In this document: piece after piece, positions 50,834 to 62,816 of the stretch
Position numbering within the stretch: the first letter of the stretch is position 1
Layout of the letters: every line of letters starts with the position of its first letter
The notes under the pieces: model-generated
What the model was told of the DNA's origin: nothing
Databases searched by the model: none
The model's input: only the letters and a program-made list of their open reading frames with translations
Program-made: the position numbers and the translations under genes
NCBI RefSeq assembly: GCF_036365525.1
Contig: NC_090404.1
Coordinates: forward strand, 10,354,001-10,418,000
Direction: 5' to 3'
DNA length: 64,000 nt
Origin: Heterodontus francisci
Lineage: Eukaryota

Positions 50834-52689
50834 GTAGGAAACTAAACAAAGAGCGCGCACCTATGGCCAGCACAAGTATGACATAGTGCAGTGGAAACAT
50901 GAATGCAGATGGACAAACACACTTACAGACACACATATACAGCCACAAGCAGATGAACAGACAGGCATAGACACAGATAAAAACACACAGACACAGGCTT
51001 AAACGTTCGTGTATAAACTGCGGTAAAAGGGACATTCTGAGGTAGTGACACTGTGACAGTTCTGGAACAGCGGCAGCAATCTCTCCAGTAACACAAGGCA
51101 GGCAAGGGGGTGGGGGCGTGGGTGAGGGGGGGGTGGGGGGGGGTGGTTAGAGTTAAGAGCGGCAAACGGAGGCTGAGAACGCGGCTGCTGCGGGCAGTGT
51201 TACTGAAGTCTGTCTCTGTAATTCCCATTGGATAGCGGATTTGATCAGAGACACTGGCGGTCACTGTATCAAGTATCTGAGGAGCCAGTCACTCAGTGAG
51301 GGCAGTCTATGGTGTGAAGAAATTGCTTAAGTATATTCAATGGTTCCGAATAGTTCACTTCTGTGAGTGTTTATTTTATTTTATGCTGCTGTGTGTCGAC
51401 TCATCGATAGCATTAACAGAATTGTCTTGTGACAGACATATTTACACTGAAGTGTCCACACTGTGTGGGAATAATGAACACATTCTAAAAGAATGAGTTT
51501 GCGTTTATTCTAGAACAACTTTCAATGGTGATTTCCACATATAGATCAAATGAAATAGAATCATAGAATGTTTAAGGCACAGAAAGAGGCCACTTGGCCC
51601 ATCGTGTCTGTGCTGATCATAAAACGATCCACCTATTCTAATCCCACCTTCCAGCATTTGGGCCGGAGCCCTGCAGATTATGGCACTTGAGGTGCATATC
51701 CAAACTCTTTTTGAATGAGTTGAGGGTCTCTGCCTCAACTACCCTTTCAGGCAGTGAGTTCCAGACCATCACCACCCTCTGGGTGAACAGGTTTTCCCTC
51801 ATCTCCCCTCTAACCTTTCTACCAATCACTTTAAAATGTGCCCCCTCGTCACTGACCTCTCTGCTAAGGTGAATAGACCCTTTACCTCAACATTTTGCAA
51901 ATTTCAATTAGATCTGCTCTCAGCCTTCTCTGTTCCAAGGAGAACAACCCCAGCCTATCCAATCTTTCCTTGTGTTCATCAAACCCGAACCCCCGTCAAC
52001 CACCTCAGTCTGATTAGTGACAGTGAGTGAAATAAATAGAACTTCTTCTCATACACGCAAACAAATATTTTATAACTTTGAAATAATATCTTACCACCAT
52101 CACTCGACAGTGTTGGTAATTTCTCGATGAGGAATATGAGGCCCTTTCCTCAAATATCTGCTGAAACTTTTGGAATAACTTCTGCCTGAACATTTTGTTG
52201 GAGATGATGTCGGAGCCAATCAGAAATAGGCCCATCTATCGGTTAAAGGGATAATTCCATTTAAAATTGGTTCTGGGAAATGAAGCTGAATGTTTATAGA
52301 AATACTGTGGAATCTTTGTTTAATTCAGTGAGTGGTACACGCCTCCAGCATGTATACTTTCCACATAAACAAATACATTTTTTTGTGGGAGTTAGGTGTC
52401 TCAATTAAAATATTAACTATGACACCAGCACTTGTTGGGTTAACGAATGGTAGAATTTTAATGGTACTGCTGAATAGTTAGGAACACATTGGTCACCCTG
52501 CTTGAAATACATTGAATTCAATATCTGGTGGGGTGCAGAACAGGCAGCTTGTTCATTATCACTGCACACCCCACCCCACGCGTTCTGTGATACTGCATGT
52601 TCGGAATAGTAAGGAAGGTTGAATTGTAGAATGTAGCTGTGATTAACGGGTGAACAAGATCAAATCCGGAAGCGGATAGAAGAGATAAA

Positions 52690-53900
52690 GATCTCAGAGA
52701 ACTTCCAGGTGGTGGTGTTCCCATGCATCTGCTACCCTTCTCCTTCTAGGTGGTAGATTTTGCGAATTTTGAGGTGCTCTCAAATAAGTCTTGGCGATTT
52801 TCTGCAGTGCATCTTTTATGTGGAGCACACTGCTGCCACTGTGCGCCAGTGGTGGAGGGAGTGAATGTTTAACATGGGATGGGGTGCCAATCAAGCGGGC
52901 TGCTTTGTCCTGGATGATGTCGAGCTTCTTGAATGTTGTTGGAGCTGCACCCATCCAGGCAAGTGGAGAGTATTCCATCACACTCCTGACTTGTGCTGTA
53001 TTAGTGGTGGAAATGCTTTGCAGAATGAGCAGGTCATCACAGAACATCCCGAATACCCAGCCTCTGACCTGTCCTTGTAGCCACAGTATTTGTTTATTCT
53101 TTCGTGGAATGTTGACCTCACTGATAAGGCCAGCATTTGCTACCCATCCGCAATTGCCTTCAACAACTGAATGGCTTGCTTAGTGCAGTTAAGAGTCAAC
53201 CACATTTCTGTGAGTCTGGAGTTACATGTAGGCCAGACCAGGTAAGGACGGCAGATTTCCTTCCCGAATCGACATTAGTGAGCCAGATAGGTTTTTATGG
53301 CAGCTTTCAATTCCAGATTTTTATTAATTAATTAATTTTATTAATTAATTGAATTTAAATTCCACGGGCTGCGGCGTGGGTTTTGAACCCGTGTCCCCAG
53401 AGCATTAGCCTGGGCCTCTGGATTACTAGTTCAGCAATATTGTCAATGGTGAGCCCCAGGATATTGATGCGGAGTGATATGTCGACGGTAATGCTTTGAA
53501 TGCCAGAAGGAAACTGGAATTTCTCATCTCGGAAATCGTAATTGCCTGGCACTTCTGTGAAGTGAATGTCACTTGCCACTTGTCAGCCGAAGCCTGAATG
53601 TTGTTCAGGTCTTGCTACATGCGGGCCAGGATTTCTTCATTGTCTGAGGCAAAATACTATGGATGCTGTAAATGTGGAAATCATTAACATGATTTCCTAA
53701 CTGTTTCTCCCTCCACAGATGCTGCCTGACCTGCTCAGCATTTTAATATTTTCTGTTTATAATGTTGTTATCTGAGGAGTTGTAAATAGAACGGAACACT
53801 GTGCAATTAACAGCGAACATCTCCACTTCTGACCGTATGATGGAAGGAAGGTTATTGATGAAGCAGCTGAAGATGGTTGGACCTAGGACACTACCCGGCT
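52690..53900 (-). mobile_element. Second LINE family 3' part with nested SINE and Penelope-like fragments
   Basis: AQVRSVMEYSPLAWMGAA; GSVLGPTIFSCFINNLP. Confidence 0.8.
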
Positions 53901-54137
53901 GATCAGAAGCGTAAAGGACAGTATAATCGGTAGCTTCATTCTGTCGGTTTGGGTTCTGCACTTCGTTTTCTCGATCGCTTCTGGAAACAGTTGGGTGACA
54001 GTTTGATCCGAGGTTAATTTGGTTTCCTCTCGGCGTGTGTTTGAGCGCCTGACAGCGCGCTGCACATTGTGGCTGCATCTGCCTGCGATTCTACACAACC
54101 GACAACAGACAGGAGCTCCCACCCATAGTCCAAAGGC

Positions 54138-54176
54138 AGTTTTTGTACAGGGGTGAGACTGCTTTCCATCACTGTG
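54138..54176 (-). other. 23-RSS
   Basis: Minus strand CACAGTG + 23 nt + ACAAAAACT. Confidence 0.95.
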
Positions 54177-54641
54177 AGTCCGAGAGCGCAGTAATACACG
54201 GCAGAGTCAGTCAGTTGCAGACCCGAGATGGTTAAACTGGTGAATTTAGTCGCAGTCTGGAGCTTAACAGAGAAACGGGTTTTAGCAAAATCTGCTTTAT
54301 CTTCAGCACCGCCTGTGTATTTCCACAGTATAAACTCGGGATGTGTATCTGGGTGTTGTCGATACCAGTATAATATATAGCTGCTCATTGTAGTATCATA
54401 GGTACAGCTTAAAGTCACAGCTTCTCCTTCTGTCTTAACATCTGAGGGCAGGAGCTGAGTGACAGAATCTCCATGACTCCGATCTGAAAACAAGTTTAAA
54501 CAGGAAAAGATCAGACTGACGACTGTTCAAAATTCTAATTTAAACCATGTTTGTGAAATAAGAGAAAAGATGAAATGTGTTTAGTCCACAATTACCTGTC
54601 AGAAATGCTCCCCACACAACCCAGATGCTGAGCAGCCGCAT
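54177..54641 (-). CDS. TCR alpha/delta V segment (TRDV1-like), apparently functional (leader 54596-54641, V exon 54177-54483)
   Basis: Leader MRLLSIWVVWGAFLT; GDSVTQ...VTLSCTY...LYWYRQHP...LQLTDSAVYYCALG; near-consensus RSS. Confidence 0.95.
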
Positions 54642-55779
54642 TGTCACTGTCCGCTCTGTAAAAGGGGAGTTGGATATTTGAAGACACCCGTTCTAATCCC
54701 CATCAATAATCTGCTGTTGTGTCTCAGGATTCTCTCACCTCACTTCCTTGTGTCCTCAGTGGTGCTGTGAGAGCGGTAGGTGGTGAGCTGGCTGTCAGTG
54801 AATGGAAACACCCCGAGCTGGCCTGTAGTCACTGTCCTTATATGGGGAACGGTTCCGCTGTTGGAGAGGTGGGGCGGGGACTGAAACCCTTGTCTGGTTA
54901 TTGGAACCGGAAACATGGGATTGTTAATAGATTTGATTTATTCTGGCGTCAACTCTTCCTCTCAAATTCCAGCATCTTCACCATCAGGACACTGGTAACC
55001 GTGACTCCAGTGAAATTTCCCTCACCGATCAGTTAACTAGTGAACTAACTATGATTCTGTATTTTGCTGGAGTGATTTATAGATCCGTCATATTGGAACG
55101 ATGATATCTGTTGTTACAGAACGAACAACTGAACAGACATAAAAAGAATAAATTCTCACTTGTTTGAACAGCGTCTCCAGCACTGTGGTTTGCAATTAAC
55201 ATGGTGTTGTCATCCCTTCTGTTGAATTCTGACACTCTTTTTGTTCGTAATTGCTAATTTAATCATGCATAAACTTCAGATTTTGGATTGGTGATAAGAG
55301 AGAACTGAGGGAGCGGCGCACTGGTGCTTTTTCTTTTCGCAATTTGCCGCTCATCGACTGAAAGTGACGGGATCAGAGCGCGGGGAGCGGGTTCAAAGCC
55401 TCCAGGGTGAGGTGTAGGGCGAATTCTCATTGACAAATATTCAACATCAGCAGGACATGAAAAACTGTCCTTATAACTTTCACACAGAATAGAAAAAGGA
55501 GTGGAGCAGAAAAAGAAACGAAATACTGGGGGTTCGATTTGTCTTTCGCTTCTTTAACATCGATCTCCACTAACTGTACAGCGAGTGGCTTCAGAAATCA
55601 GATCTCAGTGTTTGTCTGTCATTCATATATTAATATTCTTTTCCCCATCTTCCACACCTTCCACTCACTTGTCCTGCACACTGTTTAGTATCAATCCTTC
55701 GATATGTGGATACATCTTTATGAGGATCATTTTCCGATGTAGCTTCCCAAGTAATTGAGGAAAATTGATTTCAAACTAA

Positions 55780-56360
55780 ACCTCTTGCATAAAACGCTAG
55801 TTAGGCCACCGCTGGAGTAATGTGTACAGTTCTGGTCATCACACTATAGGAAGGATGTGATTGCATTGGAGGGGGTGTAGAGAAGATTCGCCGGGAGGTT
55901 GCCTGGGATGGAGCATTTCAGCTATGAAGAGAGCCTGAAAATGCTTGGGTTGTTTTCCTTAGAACAGAGAAGGGTGTGGGGGGACATGATTGAGGTATAC
56001 AAAATTATGGGGGACATAGATAGGGTTGATGGGAAGAAACATTTTCCCTTAGCGGAGGGGTCAATAACCAGCGGGCATAGATTTAAGGTAAGGGGCAGGA
56101 GGTTTAGAGGGGATTTGAGGACAAATTTGTTCACGCAGAGGGTTGTTGGAATCTGGAACACACTGCCTGAAAAGGTGGTCGAGGCAGGAACCCTCACAAC
56201 ATTTAAGAAGTATTTAGATGAGCACTTGAAACGCCATAGCATACAAGGCTATGGGCCAAGTGCTGGAAAATGGGATTAGAATAGTTAGGTGGTTGATGGT
56301 CGTCACGGACATGATGGGCCGAAGGGCCTGTTTCTGTGCTGTAGAACTTTATGACTCTAC
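55780..56360 (+). mobile_element. CR1 LINE 3' end
   Basis: LGLFSLEQRR...FTQRVVGIWNTLP. Confidence 0.9.
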
Positions 56361-56483
56361 GACTCTTGGGGAAACAAAACTCACCTCGTTGCCTGGGGTC
56401 TGATCCATGAAAGGAACTTTGTTATCTGACGCTCTCTGGTGGCTATGCGGAGAAGTGGTCAACTGGCAGTGAACGGTGTGCCA

Positions 56484-56650
56484 GAAATAAAAACAAGAAA
56501 TGCTGGAACCACTCAGCAGGTCTGGCAGCATCTGTGGAAAGAGAAGCAGAGTTAACGTTTCGGGTCAGTGACTTTTCTTCGGAACTGGGTGGTTCCAGCA
56601 TTTCTTGTTTTTATTTCAGATTTCCAGGATCCGCAGTATTTTGCTTTTTT
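56484..56650. mobile_element. Penelope pseudo-LTR-like palindromic insert
   Basis: Minus strand AGTT-CCGAAGA-AAAGTCACTGACCC-GAAAC-GTT-AACT at 56550-56586. Confidence 0.6.
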
Positions 56651-57074
56651 TTTAGTGTGCGAGAAATTCTGTGTTGTGAGATTAACTTGATCTGGCAGCT
56701 CCTGTTGACAGAAAGTTCGATTGGCGAGGTTCTGAATTTATATGCTGAGCAGAAACAAAGTTTTTAAAAAACTTTTAAGCTGAAGATTGGAAGAAGGAAA
56801 TGTATTCAATTATGGGTAAAAGATAGAGATAGACGATAATGAGGAGCAAGGAACCAGGGAAAGGGCAGAGAAAAACAAAATGGAGTTAAGCCATCACAGA
56901 TCGAATAAAAAGTTCATTTTTCTTTGAAATGCGTGTTGTAATTACAAACTAATATAACTGTACAATGAACATCGACTGCTGTTGTTGATTGTTGTGTCTT
57001 ATTGCAATTTTTAGAAGGTTCCTGCGACTCTTTCAGAGGAGGCAGAATTATTGCTTCTGTTTATCGCTGTGAGG

Positions 57075-57087
57075 GCGCCCCCTAGTG
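57075..57087 (-). promoter_or_regulatory. CTCF-like motif behind the pseudogene RSS
   Basis: Minus strand CACTAGGGGGCGC; positional homologue of 43739-43751. Confidence 0.7.
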
Positions 57088-57112
57088 AGCTGTAACTGGA
57101 TCTCTCAGTGTC

Positions 57113-57676
57113 GTTTTATATTCGGGATCCGCCATTTCTCTGCACCAGTGTGAGGCCCATGACACAGAAGTACACGGCAGTGTTAGAGATCAGGGTGCTG
57201 TGGATCATTAGCTGGGTAATCTTGGCAGTTTTACTAAAGGTGAAAGAGGTCAATGAAGTCGGGGTTCCGGTTTACTATCCCTCCACAGAGATAAAACACA
57301 TACTGTGGAGGATGCCCGGGGTGCTGACTGTGCCAGAATAGAAGTGTTTGTTTTCAAGGTACAGGTTAGTGTGATATTACTTCCCTCTTCAACCATCATT
57401 TCATGAACCGGCTGTTCTATTGTGTCTTGGTGGCTCCATTCTAAAACACAAAAAATAGTAACAATCACAATGAGCATCAACATCATATGGATCAATATCA
57501 CTGTCAAAACTACTATCACTATCATTTCACCTATAATAACAGCTCTGCTGCAGCAGACAAGGTGGGGGGGGGGGGGGGGGCGGGGGATGATGGGGAGTGA
57601 ATGGTTTTTTATTGGGAAGTAAATACTTACTGAGAAGTGTTAAAATAATGAGCAGTGGTGTGTGACGGTGCCACAT
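57113..57676 (-). pseudogene. TCR V pseudogene, inverted paralogue of the 43192 V
   Basis: Leader MWHRHTPLLIILTLL (57631-57676); WSHQDTIEQ...ITLTCTLKTN then frameshifts; NTAVYFCVMG; RSS CACACTG + 24 + degenerate nonamer. Confidence 0.9.
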
Positions 57677-58826
57677 GATAATCCCGGAGTCTGTAACTCT
57701 GCAATCCAGGAAATCCTTTGTCGGAGCAGAAATACAAACCCCGGCCACACCGCACTGCCGATCTAACTAATACCAAACAAGGAACAGCGGCAGCAATCAC
57801 CCAAACTGGGCAGGCAAGGCACGTCAGAGAGAAAGAGAGCGACAGAAGCAAACAAAAGCTGTGGGCGGGGTTGCTGCAAACTCCAGTTTGAGTTACCTCA
57901 AGATTTTGTGTAACTGCAGAAAGTGCGCGGTGACGTTCACATGAACTCGGTGTTGATGGAGTTGAAAAGGAGATGGTTGGATGCCAGAATTCTGCTGCCA
58001 GGCTGCTTCTGCTCACTGTTCAAGTGACTGGGAACAAATAACTTACGAGAGAAATGAAGGAAATAGAAATGTTGGATCATACAGCACAGAATGACGCAAT
58101 TAGGCCCATCGCATATGCGCCGGTTCTTTGAAAGAGTGATCACCTTCGCTTATTCTCAATGCTCTTTCGACACAGCCTTGCATTTTCCCCGTTCAATTAC
58201 ATATACAGTTCTCTTTTGAAAATTACTATTGAATCTGCACCGTTTCAGGCTGTGCATTCCAAATCCTGACAATCGAAGTGTGAAAAATAAATCTCCTCTC
58301 TCTTGTCTTTTTTTGTCAATTCCCTTAAATCTGAGTCAGTGGAATATCAAACTTCCTGCTCTTGGAAACAGTTATGCGAGATCTACTCCATCAAAACCCC
58401 ATATAATTATCAACCACACAATTAAATCTCCCTTAATCTTCTTTCATATAGGGAGAATAATTGCAGCTTCACGAACCTCTCCACAAGTCCCACATCCCTG
58501 TACTATCCTAGTAGATCCTCTCTGCACCCTCTGCAAGGTCTTCACATCCTTTCTACATAGAATTGGACTCAATACACTAGCTGCTGCGTACTCAGTTATT
58601 CTGAAAGTTTTGCCACAACTGTCTTCTTAAACAACACCAAATCTAATGACAGGGTCTATTTATCTCCAATTTACATTTCTGGAATACACATCTGACATTC
58701 GTGTTTTGATATGTGACGATCAGAAATGTTCCTATTGGGGACATCTGGGTAGGTGGGAGGTTGCATACACCCAAGTTCAGACTGATCCGGTTTAACTTCC
58801 GGTTCTTTGTTCCTCTACCTTCACAG

Positions 58827-59010
58827 TTGGACTATGTGCCGATCCAGCAACTCAATCGCTGGTGATATTAACCTTGCCAGAAGGGAGTCTGGTGCAGCTT
58901 GATTGCAGATATACAGATCCTGATATTGACTACATGCAATTGTAACTGAGGGAGGTCCCAAAGGGTTTAATGTGGCCGATTTGTGCACAGAAACATCAGC
59001 AACAAAGAAA
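58827..59010 (+). pseudogene. 5' fragment of a TCR V-alpha-like segment
   Basis: Acceptor CTTCACAG at 58826, then GLCADPATQSLVILTLPEGSLVQLDCRYTDPDIDYMQL*; no 3' half or RSS found. Confidence 0.65.
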
Positions 59011-60889
59011 CGTGGTTCAATTCCTGTTTATGTATTTTTGTTGATCTTGGTTGAAGGGAGGAATGTTGAGCAGGACACAGTGTGGGACACTGGGAGCTTT
59101 AATGTCCACCTAAACAGACATGGGGTGGGGGAGAGATTATTGGTTCCTGCTGTCCCCAGAAATATACTTCCTTTTCAGCACTGCACAGATTGGAAACCTG
59201 GTTAATATGCTCAGGATCTGAAGTTGAGGTGGAATCCACAATCTCCTGATTCTGAAATAGGAGTCAAGTCACTTTATTCAAGCTGCTGCCAAATTGATTA
59301 ATGCATTCAGGTGACATTTTATACCGACAATTTGACAATGACATTGGTTAATACCGTTGCTGTTAAACTTCCATAGACTGATATCACAAATAGTAACGTC
59401 AAAAACGCAGTGAAGAAACGTTTGATTCATGTAATTGAATTTTTTAGAGACAAGGAATATGGTTGCACAGAAGGAGGCCATTTAGCCCGTCGTGTTGGCT
59501 CTTTGAAAGAGCTGTCCGATTTGTTCTACTCTCTTGGTCTTTCTCCAAATCCCTGCCAATCTTCTCTTTATAGTATATATCCAATTCTCTTTTGAAAGTT
59601 ATTATTGCATCTGTCTCTACCGCCCTTCCAGGTAATTTTTTCCAACTCATAACAATTCACTGCATAAACAATCTCCTCCCACTCCCACTCCTTCACCAAT
59701 TGTCTTCAATCTGTCCTCTGGTTACGAACAGTCCTGAAAATGGAATGAGTATCTCACTACAAACACTATCAAAACACTTCTTAATTGTGAACACGGCTAT
59801 TAAATCTCCTTATAAACGCCCCTGCTCGAAGGAGAACAACCTCAGCTTCCCTCACCTCGACATAAACCGAAGTCCCTCACTGCTGGTCCAAGTCTATTGA
59901 ATCGCCTGTGCACCTTCTTCAAGGCCGAGAAAACATCTATGACGTGGGGCTGGAAATAACTTCAACCATTCATTATTTCTTCTTAAGATTATTTCCAAGG
60001 ATTCGTGGCCTCTTCAAATTGGGCTCTGTACTCACGTGAGTATTATTAATATTCATAAAATTGATAGTCCTTGCTCTGATAATGTAGGCCGTGCCGTATG
60101 AGCTCCGCAACAGCGGCCTCTGCAGGAATCTCATTTCAGGAAGGTTTCTGTCCCGACCTGCGGATGGGGCGCTTCATTCCGTTAACGCCGCTCTATAAAT
60201 ACAGATTGTTGTTGTAGACATGAGGGAAAAAAATTATACAAAGAGTTGTTGTGCCTGACAGGGAACTGACAGCAGATTCAATAGTAACATTCAAAAGTAA
60301 AAGACAATTGGATAAAAAACTTAATGTACAAAAAATATGTATCAGGCTGTCAATTTGTGAGCGTTCTTTCAAGTTGTTCCGATCAAGCAGATGAGAGTAA
60401 AGTATCGACATGGACATTAGGTTCCTGCGGCCACCAATCCGGCGGTGCCGTTTAGGTCGATTAAACCAGTGGCCATGTTGATGAGGGGCTGTGCTCCTGA
60501 AGTCTCCTTTTGTCCTGAGCAGCCATTTCCCCGTCTCCCGGTCAGTTTCCCGGAGTCTTTGACCGCGGCCTGTTCACAGGATTTATTGATCGGAGTGCGG
60601 TCAGAGACAGTTTATACAAAATAAACAGATTTCACAAGATAGTGACTGTGATCTTTAAAACAAGCCCCAAGCACAGAGTTCCCCCAATGTCCGTGGTCCT
60701 TCCGAATGTCTCTTCATTCTCTGTCACTGTAACTGGAAACTCTGAATATTACAGACCTGGAAACCAATCATTACTGAATTGAAACATCATTTTAAATACA
60801 AACCACAGAAGGGGAGGGTACAGGAAACATGTGTTTAAATGACAGGGAGAGTTTATTCTTTGTGTCTATTGTGTATATCTGCCTGGATA

Positions 60890-61190
60890 TTGACAATGTC
60901 ACTGGACTGTCTCATATTGTAACCTGACCCTCAGTTGTTGGACTGAGGGAAGCTGCCGGGTCTGAGGCTCCGTCCTTCAGATCAGCCGTTTAACCGAGGC
61001 CCCGACAGCCCGTTCAGGGAGATGTTAACGAATCCGCGGCACGATTGGAATCAGAGCGGGGAGGGGGATTCTCCCGGTGTCCTGGGCCCATATTCTACCC
61101 TCAACAAACACCACCCAATAAAAACACATGGACCGACCTCCCAGCTCATTACTGTGGGTGAAAGGAGGGCGGCAGCTTCTATTGACAGAA
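60890..61190 (+). mobile_element. DeuSINE-like fragment upstream of the NAR-TCR leader
   Basis: ACTGAGGGA...TTAACCGAGGCCCCG...TTCTCCCGGTGTCCTGG...CCCTCAAC; related to the reverse complement of 34400-34800. Confidence 0.55.
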
Positions 61191-61504
61191 CAACTCCCCC
61201 AGCCCCACCCCCTGTACATCAGACTAATGTGGGAGGGGATTTCACATCCGGCTCACAGACTCAATGAAGCGACAGAAAACTGCAGATTCCCTCTTTAAAC
61301 CTGTCGCTTATTCACACAACACACAGCCAGAGACCCGGGAACCGTGCGGCCCATCAATGATCTCCGGGACACTGCCCTCTGCAAATCAACTCGATCCCGC
61401 TGAAGTATTTCAGTCCAGCTCTGAGGTCCAGTCTCCCAGAACAGTCCAGGGCTGCAGTCTCCAGCTCCCCGTCATATAAACCATCAGCTCCGGACAGCAG
61501 AACA

Positions 61505-61983
61505 ATGGGAATCCTCCTTGTTTTCATCCTGTGTGTCTGTTTACCCCGTGAGTACCAATCAAACAAACCGACATTGTGTGGATTTAATGTAAAGCTGCCC
61601 GAGTCCATCCGAATTACAGACATTGTCTCGGGTTTTAGTCTCGTTATGTGTTTCGGCTCTGATGGCCCATTAAACTCTCTCTCTTTAATTTCCAGGCTCT
61701 TTCAGTCAGTCAGTGACACAGACCCCGGGAGCGGTGACCAGGAAGGAGTGTCAGTCTCTCACCATCACCTGTGTTTACAATGGTGGTTATTGGGATTATA
61801 CTTTCCTAAATGGACATTTCTTCAGACAAACCCAGACCGGGACACAGTGGGAGCGGATCTCCAGCGGAGGCCGATTTGCTGTGTCGGTGAATAAGGCAGA
61901 AAAAAATTTTTCCCTGCGAATTCGGGATGTGAGAGTTGAAGACACCGCCACCTATTACTGTAAAGCTGAATACTGGTACAACA
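61505..61983 (+). CDS. NAR-TCR (IgNAR-like) V segment, apparently functional (leader 61505-61547, V exon 61696-61983)
   Basis: Leader MGILLVFILCVCLP with GTGAGT donor; SVTQTPGAVTRKECQSLTITC...ERISSGGRFAVSVNKAEKNFSLRI...EDTATYYCKA; CDR2 region absent as in VNAR; extra FR1 Cys. Confidence 0.92.
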
Positions 61984-62021
61984 CACAGTGATGGGCCTCG
62001 GCTTCCCACGGTACAAAAACT
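61984..62021 (+). other. V RSS with 22-nt spacer (23-class)
   Basis: CACAGTG + ATGGGCCTCGGCTTCCCACGGT + ACAAAAACT. Confidence 0.95.
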
Positions 62022-62336
62022 CTCACTGCAGATTATCACATGAAAAAGCGGAGTTAATCTGCCGGTGAACCCCACAGTTCCGCCTCGCACCGACTCCCCA
62101 CAGTCTAGTTTATAATGAGTTGGATTATTGCCGTTAACATCTTGAGTTTTATAAATGCCGAGTGTGCGCGGATGGTGATATCTTTCCCGGGATCGGTGTC
62201 AATGAATGGAGATTGGGAATGACTGATCCCAGTGACAAATCCCTAACACCAGATGGGATACTGATCTAACCGCTGGAATCGGGAACCGCATTCCCCGCCG
62301 TTAAACTAATGTCCCCACATCTCACCAAGTACCAGC

Positions 62337-62406
62337 GGATTTGAAGCTGTCTTGAAGCACAGTGTTTACTGGAATGGCCACAGTGGGTGAAACCTGAACA
62401 AATACC
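62337..62406 (+). other. D segment (62365-62378, TTTACTGGAATGGC) flanked by two 12-RSS
   Basis: GGATTTGAA + 12 + CACAGTG | D | CACAGTG + 12 + ACAAATACC. Confidence 0.92.
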
Positions 62407-62729
62407 TCTGCACAATTAAAATAGAAGCTCCCCGGGCTCGGTTCCCGAATTGTAGGGCTGATGCTATTATCGTTGTAATACGGCTTAATTTGATAGTAAT
62501 TTCCTCCTTTCTATTATCTTCGTCTGATATTTTCCTCCGTTTAAACGAAGCACCCATCCCCAGCCCGTGATCCTGGGCCATGTTACCAAGAGCTCAGAGT
62601 CTCACAAACACCAGTTTGAACAGAGAGGAATGTGAAACATGGAATTTTGTTTATTAATCTAAAACCCCTGGAATAATTGGGTTGTGTCTATAGCCTGGTG
62701 ATGTGTGGCCGGCAGGTTGAGGTGTTGGC

Positions 62730-62816
62730 AGTTCTTGCACCAGGCTGACTGAGAACGGTGTCACTGTGACACTGAATACGTGGATGGTTCCGGGACGGTA
62801 GTGACTGTCACAGCGG
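62730..62816 (+). other. J segment (62769-62816, TEYVDGSGTVVTVTA) with 23-RSS
   Basis: AGTTCTTGC + 23 + CACTGTG; xGxGT motif; phase-1 GTAAGT donor at 62817. Confidence 0.92.
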
